Part shown: one piece after another, positions 18,937-27,626 of the stretch
Position numbering within the stretch: the stretch's first letter is position 1
Layout: every line of letters begins with the position of its first letter
NCBI GenBank assembly: GCA_048882505.1
Contig: JBHLRO010000007.1
Coordinates: 117,826-149,825, forward strand
Direction of reading: 5' to 3'
Source of the DNA: Candidatus Thorarchaeota archaeon
GTDB taxonomy: Archaea > Asgardarchaeota > Heimdallarchaeia > Hodarchaeales > Hodarchaeaceae
Length of the DNA stretch: 32,000 bases
The notes under the pieces: model-generated
What the model was told of the DNA's origin: nothing
The model's database searches: none
Seen by the model: the letters and a program-made list of their open reading frames with translations, nothing else
Program-made: the position numbers and the translations under genes

Positions 18937-19347
18937 CTATTTTTGACAAACGCAAGGAAGGGACATACAGTCAGAAGCGATTGGTTGGAGGCCTGTTAGA
19001 TCAAGGTCTTCAGTCGTTATCGTTCCACTGACAGCCTTACTGTTAAGTTCAAGGAACCCGTCAGTTTCTTGTGGCCCTAGTTTAGTTAGCAATGGGAACA
19101 TTTCAATCTCAATATCCCTTAGATCACACGCTGTTTCACATAAAGAATAGCAACCGCTTTCTAGTTTGTTACGGGATAATCTTAACTTTTGTACCAAGTT
19201 GTTGGAAGGAAGCTCGCCTCGTTGATAAAGCGTTCCCATGGTAGATGCTAATACTGCCCATTTCCAACCAAATCTAGAAATCATTTCCCGAATTTCCTCT
19301 TCGGTTTGTCCCGGAAGTGATTCCTTAATTTCTACGGGAGTAGTCAT
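18937..19347 (-). CDS. Cys-rich hypothetical protein, possibly DUF2096-related
   Basis: 136 aa; WAVL...LYQRG...KLRL pattern recalls the archaeal DUF2096 N-terminus (from memory, unverified); six Cys in CYSLCETAC and CMSLPCVC. Confidence 0.7.
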   Translation of the reverse strand: MTTPVEIKESLPGQTEEEIREMISRFGWKWAVLASTMGTLYQRGELPSNNLVQKLRLSRNKLESGCYSLCETACDLRDIEIEMFPLLTKLGPQETDGFLELNSKAVSGTITTEDLDLTGLQPIASDCMSLPCVCQK

Positions 19348-19591
19348 TTTCTATCACTATATTTAAACCGTTCAAGGTTTAATATATGATTGCTCTAATC
19401 TATTAAAAAGTTTTTTCATTTTTTATTGACATTAATGTAAACTTATGAATTTTATTACAACTACCGGGTTCTAGGTTGGTTTTGGAACTTTCTCAATTCA
19501 AAACTTACGAAACCTCTGGCAATAATCATCTTAAATCAAAGAAAGATTAGCTGATAGTGATTCCCTCCCTATGGTCTTGCATGTCAAATCA

Positions 19592-19610
19592 TTGCTGATA
19601 TAATCAGCAA
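19592..19610. promoter_or_regulatory. Perfect palindrome TTGCTGAT-ATA-ATCAGCAA, candidate operator
   Basis: 8-3-8 inverted repeat in the divergent gap, 80 nt upstream of protease 2. Confidence 0.4.
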
Positions 19611-19690
19611 AAAATCTCTAGATCATCTCTTTAATCGGATACAAATTTGACTTAGTAGTAGTATCAATTCATTTTTGTGAGCATAAGTTA

Positions 19691-20197
19691 ATGGACCCCT
19701 CGAAAATCCTAATCCTAGGTATCGGAAACGAACTTGCTGGAGACGATGCTTTGGGCCCGAGAATTCTCCGAGAAATCTCAGAAATCGGACCTCCTGGGAT
19801 CGATTACAAGCAAATCTCAAGTGGGGGGCTCTTAATCCTAGAATCAATCTTGGGATACGAAAAGGTATTAATTATCGATACGATCGAAACGGATTCTCCA
19901 CATAAACGGATTTTGAGAATCACACCCGAGGATTTTTCTAATTCTACATTTCTCAGTTCTCCTCATGATATTAATTTTCCAACTGCTCTAGAATTGGGAA
20001 AAAGAACTGCGAGTGAGCTCATGCCTGGTATAGTTCGGATCATCGGGATTGAAATACCTAGGCAAAAAGAATTTTCGGATCAGATTTCAGCAGAAACCCA
20101 AAGTAAAATCCCTAAGATTATAAAGTTGGTTCTAGAGGAAATTGGGTTCTTTTTGAATGAAAATGATAAGAAAGAAGACGATAAAAAAAGGAAATAA
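19691..20197 (+). CDS. Hydrogenase maturation endopeptidase, copy 2
   Basis: LGIGNELAGDDALG, IIDT, SSPHD motifs; converges on mvhA copy 2. Confidence 0.92.
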   Translation: MDPSKILILGIGNELAGDDALGPRILREISEIGPPGIDYKQISSGGLLILESILGYEKVLIIDTIETDSPHKRILRITPEDFSNSTFLSSPHDINFPTALELGKRTASELMPGIVRIIGIEIPRQKEFSDQISAETQSKIPKIIKLVLEEIGFFLNENDKKEDDKKRK

Positions 20198-20215
20198 GGA
20201 GGAAACTGGCATCTT

Positions 20216-21694
20216 TTACCGTACATACTGGGACTTACGCCATTTTACCCTATTATCCTTATCATGGACAAGAACTTCTAGGGGCATTTGTCCAGGTAGG
20301 CTATGGGTAGCACAGGCAAAGCACGGATCGTACGCTCTAAATGCCATCTCCACCATATTCAACATGCCATCCTCGACCTCTGGCCCATGTATGAACTGTT
20401 GTGCTGCCTTCTTTATCGAAAGGCAAATGGGAGCATTGTTATGAGCCGTTGCTACGATAAGATTCACTCCATCTTTTATGATAACACCCTTCTTGTCAGT
20501 TTTGTAATGGTGGATTAATGTTCCTCTAGGGGCTTCAACTACGCCTACTCCTTCATCAGGTTCATTTGGCTCCGCTCGAAGATCAGTAGAAGTGATTTGC
20601 GGATCTTTTACAAGTTCTAGAAGGCGTTCACTTGCATAGAGTAGCTCTATAACGCGTGCCCAATGATTTCCCAGGGTGTGATGAGCAGGCTTCCCCAGTA
20701 CGTTCATCATGGCCTTGTACTCTTCATTGGCTAATGGAGTTGCCATCCCGTCTGCGACGTTCAATCGTGCCAGAGGTGCAACGCGATAAATGCCTGAATC
20801 CAATCCCTCAATGAGCCCTTTCCACCCTATATTCTTTAGGTAAACGACTTTCAGGTAGGAATACGGCAGCGGTTGTTCTTCAATATATTCCAAGTAATCT
20901 TTGGGAGCAAATTGTGCATACTCCTTCCCCTTAGGATCGATAACTCGGATTTCACCATTATAAAAGTTTACATGTCTATTCTTGTCCACTAGTCCCATAT
21001 AATAACTCTTCATATAGTATCCAGGGTCAAGGACTAAGGCTTTATTTGCCTCGTTACCCAACACAACGTCATGGAAAATTTTTATCGTGAATTTAGAAAA
21101 CTCAACCAAAGATTTAGCCCACTCTTCGATCTGAGCTCGTTCTTCTTCAGAGATGGATTTCAGCATTCCTCCCGGTACACCAGCGCAGGGAAGGACGGCA
21201 TCCGCCGCAATTATTGCTTGAATCCGTTGCGCATAGGAACGATGCTTTATCACTTCCTTTCCAATATCTACTCCAACTGTCTCAACGACCCCGAGAATAT
21301 TTCTCTTGCTCGGTGGAGCCGACGGACCAACTACAAAATCAGGACCACCTAATGCATAGAAATGAGCAATGTGACTATGAATCATGTGTGCAGAGTAATA
21401 GAGCTCCCGAAGTTTTTTCGCGGGTTCTGGAGGATCCACATTGAAAACATCATCCAACGCCTTACTGGATGCCATATGATGAGCACCAGGACATACACCG
21501 CATATCCGGCTAGTTATCCGGGGCATTTCTTCGACCAATCTCCCCTCACAAAAGCGTTCGAACCCTCTCAGTTCTGGAACCTGAAAGTACGCGTTTTCAA
21601 CCGTATTTTGATCATTGAGAAAAATGTGGATTTTCCCATGGCCCTCCAGTCTCGTAATCGGATCAATAACAATATTCTTCGAATTAACCGTCAT
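20216..21694 (-). CDS. mvhA: Group 3c-type [NiFe]-hydrogenase large subunit (MvhA-like), copy 2
   Basis: RLEGH, RICGVC, EAPRG, DPCFACATH plus a 28-aa tail. Confidence 0.93.
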   Translation of the reverse strand: MTVNSKNIVIDPITRLEGHGKIHIFLNDQNTVENAYFQVPELRGFERFCEGRLVEEMPRITSRICGVCPGAHHMASSKALDDVFNVDPPEPAKKLRELYYSAHMIHSHIAHFYALGGPDFVVGPSAPPSKRNILGVVETVGVDIGKEVIKHRSYAQRIQAIIAADAVLPCAGVPGGMLKSISEEERAQIEEWAKSLVEFSKFTIKIFHDVVLGNEANKALVLDPGYYMKSYYMGLVDKNRHVNFYNGEIRVIDPKGKEYAQFAPKDYLEYIEEQPLPYSYLKVVYLKNIGWKGLIEGLDSGIYRVAPLARLNVADGMATPLANEEYKAMMNVLGKPAHHTLGNHWARVIELLYASERLLELVKDPQITSTDLRAEPNEPDEGVGVVEAPRGTLIHHYKTDKKGVIIKDGVNLIVATAHNNAPICLSIKKAAQQFIHGPEVEDGMLNMVEMAFRAYDPCFACATHSLPGQMPLEVLVHDKDNRVKWRKSQYVR

Positions 21695-22660
21695 TTATGC
21701 TTTCCTCCTTAGGAATGCCGATCTTCCGGCCGTAAACTCATACATTGTCCCTGCAAAATCTGGTATTTTTGCAATTACGTCTTCCATCACGGATTCATCA
21801 CTTGCTTCAATAATAGAACCCAAGACACTAGTCATCTTAGCTCCAATGTCGACAATATTGGGGGCAGGTCCAAAACAGCCTCGACAAGGGTAATTTGTCG
21901 TGATACATCTAGCCTCACATCCCCCGCGTGTTGCAGGTCCCAAACAGATTATCCCCTGATCTAGCAAGCATTTTTTGGGATCAATATCCATGACCTCCCA
22001 AATTCTCTTGAATTCCTTGATCACATGTTTTTCAGGCTTTTCCCGGGGACATTCTTTACATAGAGCGAACTCTTCTGCAATCACTGTGCCCCTAGGCGGA
22101 AGTTCACCTGTTAGGAAAGCCGTAACCCCAGCGATAATCCATTTTTTGGTAGGTGGGCATCCCGGGACATAGTAATCAACGGGGACAACTTCATCTAAAG
22201 GATAAACAGCATCGAAGAATTCGGGGATTGTAACTTCACCCTCTTTTGTGGTATAAGAGGTACTAGGGTAAATTTCTTCAGGATTCCTTGTACTTGGTGT
22301 AGTCTTATATACACGCTCAAAAATAGAGTTTTTATCCTTAAAATTTGCAAGAGCCGGTACTCCGCCGCAATGGGCACAGGTTCCGAAAGCCACCAAAAAT
22401 TTGGACTTTTTTCTAAGCAGTTTGGCGACATGTACCGCTTCGGAATTCCTGATGCCTCCATTAAAGAAAGTAACATCAATTGAATTGTCAGGCATTGACT
22501 CGACATCTTGATATTTCGTATCAACAGCTACAGGCCAAAATACAATATCTGCTTTTGCGGCCACATCTAGGACTGCCTCATCTAAGTCTAAAATCGCAAT
22601 TTCGCAACCCCCACACGAAGCGGCCCAATAAAAGGCAATTTTGGGTTTTTCATCACTCAT
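21695..22660 (-). CDS. mvhG: [NiFe]-hydrogenase small subunit (MvhG-like), copy 2
   Basis: SCGGC, GTCAHCGG, PGCPP, LCKEC, CLLDQGIICLGP...CRGC. Confidence 0.92.
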   Translation of the reverse strand: MSDEKPKIAFYWAASCGGCEIAILDLDEAVLDVAAKADIVFWPVAVDTKYQDVESMPDNSIDVTFFNGGIRNSEAVHVAKLLRKKSKFLVAFGTCAHCGGVPALANFKDKNSIFERVYKTTPSTRNPEEIYPSTSYTTKEGEVTIPEFFDAVYPLDEVVPVDYYVPGCPPTKKWIIAGVTAFLTGELPPRGTVIAEEFALCKECPREKPEKHVIKEFKRIWEVMDIDPKKCLLDQGIICLGPATRGGCEARCITTNYPCRGCFGPAPNIVDIGAKMTSVLGSIIEASDESVMEDVIAKIPDFAGTMYEFTAGRSAFLRRKA

Positions 22661-22663
22661 TGA

Positions 22664-23149
22664 TTAGACCTCCATCTTTGAAAACTCACGCTTCTTCAGA
22701 TGTTTACCCCAATTCAAGGGCCCCAGTTCCTTGATCGCATCGGAAAACTCATTTAGAGTCTGTTGGTATTTTTTAGCCTCAGAAGCTGAAATCCATTCGA
22801 TCCTCACGCGAGCTGGTTCAATTCCATATGCATCTAGGAGTTTTTGTAAGAGTTTCATTCTTTTATACGCACTATAATTCCCATCTTCATAATGACAGTC
22901 ACCAAGATGACACCCCCCTATCAATACTCCATCGGCACCTTTTGTGAATGCCTGGACAATGAAGCTGGGATCCACACGTCCAGAGCACGGGACACGGATT
23001 CCAATCACGTCCGCCGATACTGGCATCCTGCTTGTTCCGGCCAAGTCAGCTGCAGCGTGTGTACACCATTTGCAATAAAATCCGATTATCGTTGGCTTGA
23101 ATTCCAATGCTACTTCGGGTTTAGCTTCAATCGCTTCCAAATGTATCAC
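22664..23149 (-). CDS. mvhD: MvhD/FlpD [2Fe-2S] subunit
   Basis: FYCKWC, VPCSGRVDP, GGCHLGDCHY; GTGA overlap with hdrA copy 2. Confidence 0.95.
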   Translation of the reverse strand: MIHLEAIEAKPEVALEFKPTIIGFYCKWCTHAAADLAGTSRMPVSADVIGIRVPCSGRVDPSFIVQAFTKGADGVLIGGCHLGDCHYEDGNYSAYKRMKLLQKLLDAYGIEPARVRIEWISASEAKKYQQTLNEFSDAIKELGPLNWGKHLKKREFSKMEV

Positions 23150-25152
23150 CCCGTTCCATATGCGATTTGTGCAGATTCTATAATTCCTTCGATTTCCGAA
23201 AGAATTGCCTCATCAGAGTAATAATATTGATGAATAGCTCCAGAGGGACAAACAGAAACACATAAACCGCAACCTTGACATTTTATGGCTGTAATTACCG
23301 CTACTTTCTTTTCTGTATCTTCAGCAATTGCGTCGAACGGACAGACAGAAATACACATCTTGCAGTTTGAACAGAGGTCTTCATTGACTGTAGCTATTGT
23401 CGGTTCGACCAGTATGTACCCACGAGATAACAGACTCAAAGCGCCCGACGCTGCAGCCGCTCCCTGGGCCACGGAATCTGGAATATCCTTTGGGCCTTGA
23501 CATGTACCCGCCAAATAAATGCCTTCAACCTGAGTACCAACGGGAGCCAGCTTAGGATGTTTTTCTGTGAAGAAGTTTTCCGCTCCACAGCCTATGCCAA
23601 ACATATTGGCCATTCCCTTTGCATCATGTCGGGCTACGATAGCGTCACTTAGTATAACCATATCTAAGGGAACGTGTAATACTTTTTGACTAATGGAATC
23701 TTCTACTTGGACTACAAGTTTTTCGGTACCATTCTGAATCTGCCTCAATACTTTAGCAGGTTTACCACGAACAAATATGACGCCTTCTTTCTGCAATCGA
23801 TCATAAAATTCCTCATACCCTTTTCCAAAGGCCCTGATATCGATGTAGAACTGAAAAATAGTAGCTTTGGTCCGTTCCTTAATAAGATGCGCGTATTTAA
23901 GGGAATACATGCAACAAACGCGCGAGCAGTACGCGTTGTGATTCTCGTCCCGAGACCCGACGCAATGGATGATTCCGACGGATTTTGGTTGCTGATCTGT
24001 TAGCTTTCCGTCCTTCCTGAGATACAAGGATCCATTCGTTGGCCCAGATGCGTTTAGTAGGATTTCTATTTCCAATGCTTTGAAGACATTATCTAATTCA
24101 CCGTACCCATATTGAGGAACCGTTCGTGCGTCAAATGTCTCGTACCCTGTTGCCAGAATAAGGGCCCCAGCCTCCACTTCTATCAGTTCATCTTCTTGAT
24201 TGAAATCTATTGCCCCTGTTGGACAAATTTTTTCGCATAATGCACACCGCCCCTTAAGGAAATATGTACAATTTGCCCTGTCGATCAACGGGTATGGCGG
24301 GACAGCCTGGGGAAAAGGTCTGTAAATCGCTTTACGGTTCTTTAAACCCATATAAAATTCGCTCGGAATTTTCTTAAGCGGGCATTTCTCTTCACAGAGT
24401 CCACAACCTGTACATAATTCTTCGTCTACGGAACGGGCTTTCTTTCGGATGGTAACTTGAAACTGGCCTGGGGATCCCGAGACATTCTCCACTTCAGAGT
24501 AAGAATAAAGCGTTATATTGGGATGCTGTCCGATATCGACCATTTTGGGGGTTAGAATACAAGAAGCGCAATCTAATGTTGGAAATGTCTTATCAAAACG
24601 TGCCATTTGCCCTCCAATGGAAGAGGATCTTTCAACTAAGACCACCTCCTTTCCTGCATCAGCTACCTGGAGCGATGCCTCAATTCCTGCAATTCCTGCA
24701 CCCACAATGAGAACGCGCTGCGTCACTTCTGTTCTTTCTTCATCTAGGGGTTCTTGAGTGATAACTCGCTTTACAGCAGCGGTAATCAATTTCTTTGCTT
24801 TCTCCAGACTCGCTTTTGAATCCTCTGTTACCCAAGAATCCATTTCTCGAATGTTGGCGATAGTCAACATATACGGATTTAGACCGCTTTTTGCAATTGT
24901 ATTTCGGAAGGTCTTTTCGTGCATTGTTGGTGAACAGGCAGCCACCACAACGTGACTCAATTTCCTCTCTTGAATCGTATCGTGTATGATCGATTGACCT
25001 ACCTCACTACAGACATAGGTTGTATCTTCGACAGTTTCAACATGAGGTAGGGTTCGAATGTACCCCTTTAGTTCGTCGATAGCAATCTTTCCCGCTATAT
25101 TAGTTCCACAATGACAAATAAAAACTCCGATTCTAAATTCTGAGGTGTCCAT
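23146..25152 (-). CDS. hdrA: Heterodisulfide reductase subunit A, copy 2 (canonical architecture)
   Basis: CHCG, GAGIAG, KTFPTLDCASCILTPKM, CVGSR...CSRVCCMYSLK, inserted and C-terminal ferredoxin domains. Confidence 0.95.
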   Translation of the reverse strand: MDTSEFRIGVFICHCGTNIAGKIAIDELKGYIRTLPHVETVEDTTYVCSEVGQSIIHDTIQERKLSHVVVAACSPTMHEKTFRNTIAKSGLNPYMLTIANIREMDSWVTEDSKASLEKAKKLITAAVKRVITQEPLDEERTEVTQRVLIVGAGIAGIEASLQVADAGKEVVLVERSSSIGGQMARFDKTFPTLDCASCILTPKMVDIGQHPNITLYSYSEVENVSGSPGQFQVTIRKKARSVDEELCTGCGLCEEKCPLKKIPSEFYMGLKNRKAIYRPFPQAVPPYPLIDRANCTYFLKGRCALCEKICPTGAIDFNQEDELIEVEAGALILATGYETFDARTVPQYGYGELDNVFKALEIEILLNASGPTNGSLYLRKDGKLTDQQPKSVGIIHCVGSRDENHNAYCSRVCCMYSLKYAHLIKERTKATIFQFYIDIRAFGKGYEEFYDRLQKEGVIFVRGKPAKVLRQIQNGTEKLVVQVEDSISQKVLHVPLDMVILSDAIVARHDAKGMANMFGIGCGAENFFTEKHPKLAPVGTQVEGIYLAGTCQGPKDIPDSVAQGAAAASGALSLLSRGYILVEPTIATVNEDLCSNCKMCISVCPFDAIAEDTEKKVAVITAIKCQGCGLCVSVCPSGAIHQYYYSDEAILSEIEGIIESAQIAYGTG

Positions 25153-25155
25153 TTG

Positions 25156-26328
25156 CTACAGTGCCTCCATAACAATTTCCGCAATGTCTCTAGCCTTGAT
25201 TTGCTGCTCAACATTGCCCACTTTTACCGCATCATCGAACATTAATAGACAGAAATAACACGCAGTCGCCAGCACAGATGCACCGACATCCAGAGCTTGT
25301 TTTAACCTGGGAAGTGATAGCCTCTCTTCTACTCGAGTTTCAGCCCAAATGTTCCCGCCTCCACCGCCGCAGCAAACACTAAACTGGTGGTTATCAGGCA
25401 TTTCCACCAGTTTTACGCCAGGAACTGCCTTAAGGACTCTTCTAGGTTCCTCATAAACACCATTATGTCTGCCGAGGTAGCAAGCATCATGATAAGTTAT
25501 ACGATGTTCCTTATGTCCATTATCGGGAAACTCTAATGCGCCTTCACTAATCAGCCGATCCAAAAACTGGGTATAGTGAAGTACTTCGGTACCTTCAGGG
25601 AGATTGTAGGCGTTCTTAATCCGATTGAATGAATGTGGGGATGTGGTAATGATCGTGGAAGGGTGAACTCGCTTGATTAGGGCCTCATTTTGTTCTCGTT
25701 CATAATCTGCGAGAACCGTTTCACCCATGAAGTTGATACAGTTCCCGCATTCTCTTTCCTTGTTTCCAACGATTCCAAAATTTACCCCCGTACGTTTCAG
25801 AATCGATGAGATGGCCTGCGCTATCTTTTGGGACCGTGGATCGTAAGATGCGGTACATCCAACGAAATACATAACTTCAGTTCCCTTTTCAGCTACGGGA
25901 ACATCCAATCCCTTTGCCCAATCAGCTCTTGCTGCGGATCTCAAGTTGAATGGGTTTCCTGTTTGGAAAAATGACTGTAATGTTTGCGTGTAGGTATATG
26001 GCATTTCGCCGCCCTCTTCGACCGTATGTGCACGGTAGGCTGTGATGATTTCGATAATCTTCACTTTTTTGGGGCAAAATTCTTCGCATGCGGCACAGGT
26101 CGTGCACCGCCAGATCACCTCGTTTTCCGATTCAGGTATTATTCCGAGTTGCGCCATGTGAATGAGTTCTCGAGGATTGAACGAAGAAACTATATTCAAT
26201 GGGCAAATGCCTGTACAATTAGCGCATTGGTAACAGTATTTCAAGTTATCTTGGGATAATGTGATTATCTTGTTACGAAAATCGAGATTGGGAGTATAAT
26301 AACGGGTATTGAGTTCCATAGAATTCAA
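25156..26328 (-). CDS. HdrC-like 2x[4Fe-4S] plus two CCG domains (HdrD/GlpC-like Fe-S oxidoreductase)
   Basis: CYQCANCTGICP, CTTCAACEEFCP, FVGC, YHDAC, CCGGGGG, TACYFC; first CCG domain degenerate. Confidence 0.88.
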   Translation of the reverse strand: MNSMELNTRYYTPNLDFRNKIITLSQDNLKYCYQCANCTGICPLNIVSSFNPRELIHMAQLGIIPESENEVIWRCTTCAACEEFCPKKVKIIEIITAYRAHTVEEGGEMPYTYTQTLQSFFQTGNPFNLRSAARADWAKGLDVPVAEKGTEVMYFVGCTASYDPRSQKIAQAISSILKRTGVNFGIVGNKERECGNCINFMGETVLADYEREQNEALIKRVHPSTIITTSPHSFNRIKNAYNLPEGTEVLHYTQFLDRLISEGALEFPDNGHKEHRITYHDACYLGRHNGVYEEPRRVLKAVPGVKLVEMPDNHQFSVCCGGGGGNIWAETRVEERLSLPRLKQALDVGASVLATACYFCLLMFDDAVKVGNVEQQIKARDIAEIVMEAL

Positions 26329-26724
26329 CTTCTCTAGATGCAGTAAGAATCATGAAATTACGCCCATGATCTGCGTTACGGGATATTAATCTAATTAAAA
26401 CTGATAAATTTGGCAATATTTGGTCGGTTAATAATAGTTTTATCGGTTATATATGTCTTTTCATTGTGTAGAAGGATTAATCATGTTTAAGTTACTTTTA
26501 GGCTGATTAGTGACAAATTCTCTGAATAAAAGCAAAAAAAACCAATAAAACATGAAAAAACTTCGTAAAACCAAATTGGAAATTCACGTTCCAGGCCGAT
26601 ATCCCTCAAATCTAAAAGCGAAATGCTTCAGGATGTTAAACAAGGTGCTTTCAAAGAGACATTAATAATAAAAGATAGGTTTCAGATCAGAATAATAAAA
26701 CCAGAGCACTCCATCCGCATATTT

Positions 26725-26744
26725 ATCGCAGATTATGCTGCGAT
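26725..26744. terminator. Possible terminator or operator hairpin ATCGCAG-ATTATG-CTGCGAT downstream of the gamma-subunit gene
   Basis: 7-bp perfect inverted repeat about 70 nt after the stop at 26814; on the minus strand a pyrimidine-rich tract lies between the stop and the hairpin. Confidence 0.3.
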
Positions 26745-26813
26745 CAGGAAGATAATTTTGGCAAGGAAATGCGAACACAAGTAAAAGGGAGGGGAGGAAG
26801 GGACGATTAATAA

Positions 26814-27395
26814 CTAGGATGTTCCATTGAAGATTTCTTGATAAAGGTCCTTACCAAGCTTGAATGTACGTATATTGTTTTCGGAATTCCGCATCTTCTG
26901 AAAAACCTCGATGTATTGTTTATCAGTAAGATTAGGTTTCCCGGTCTTTGACAAATACTCTGAAAGAAAACCCAAGGACAAAATATTGACGGCCCCCGTT
27001 ACGTTTTCTTCATCGGCCCGCTTTGTAATGGGTACCCGGTACATCGTACCTTTCGTAACTAATTCTTCCGCTTGGGAATCAATGGTGTTCGCGTCTATGA
27101 ATGAAATTGTTCTATCGGTAATGCATTCACATGCCCGGTCAAATCCTTTTTGATCAATCGCGAAAAAGTAATCGGCATCTCCCGCTACATAAATGTAATC
27201 AATGGGATCTGTACTAATCACAACGTCACAAAAGATTGGACCGCCGCGTACCGAGGGTGTGTAGTCTACAGCAAGCGTGGCATGGAGGTTCGCTGTCATA
27301 GCAACGCGGACTAACGCGGATCCCAGAAACTTAATGCCTTGTCCTCCTCTACCCGAGAATCTGAATTTTACTTTCATAGATATTCCCTTGGACAT
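26814..27395 (-). CDS. 2-oxoacid:ferredoxin oxidoreductase gamma subunit
   Basis: GRGGQG, SVRGG, NILSLGFL motifs; partner subunits 1.6 kb downstream on the other strand. Confidence 0.88.
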   Translation of the reverse strand: MSKGISMKVKFRFSGRGGQGIKFLGSALVRVAMTANLHATLAVDYTPSVRGGPIFCDVVISTDPIDYIYVAGDADYFFAIDQKGFDRACECITDRTISFIDANTIDSQAEELVTKGTMYRVPITKRADEENVTGAVNILSLGFLSEYLSKTGKPNLTDKQYIEVFQKMRNSENNIRTFKLGKDLYQEIFNGTS

Positions 27396-27626
27396 AAAGT
27401 TTAGTTTCGTACAATGTCAAACCTTAAAGTACTATAAGTCATACACTAACTATTGTTAACAACGTCTTAGGGAGTTGAGATTTCAGATTCCGAATCTACA
27501 TACTTACCTTTTTGTGAGTGAATTGTATTCATAAAGGGGCAAACTTAACCATCATTGCGATTCCACATATGAAGCATTCATTGAGGGGCACAATGTTTTT
27601 AAGTTGATTTATGTTCAAAATACAGC

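Noticed and set aside
18937-18960. C-terminal CVCQK as a prenylation signal
   Set aside because: It does not match CaaX, CC or CxC terminal spacing.
12468-26328. Interpreting the island as evidence of methanogenesis
   Set aside because: Mvh-Hdr is widespread in non-methanogens, and no mcr, mtr or coenzyme M/B genes are present here.
26552-26784. Short ORFs (37 and 53 aa) in the gap between module 2 and the gamma gene
   Set aside because: No motifs, conflicting frames, and AT-rich promoter-like context.
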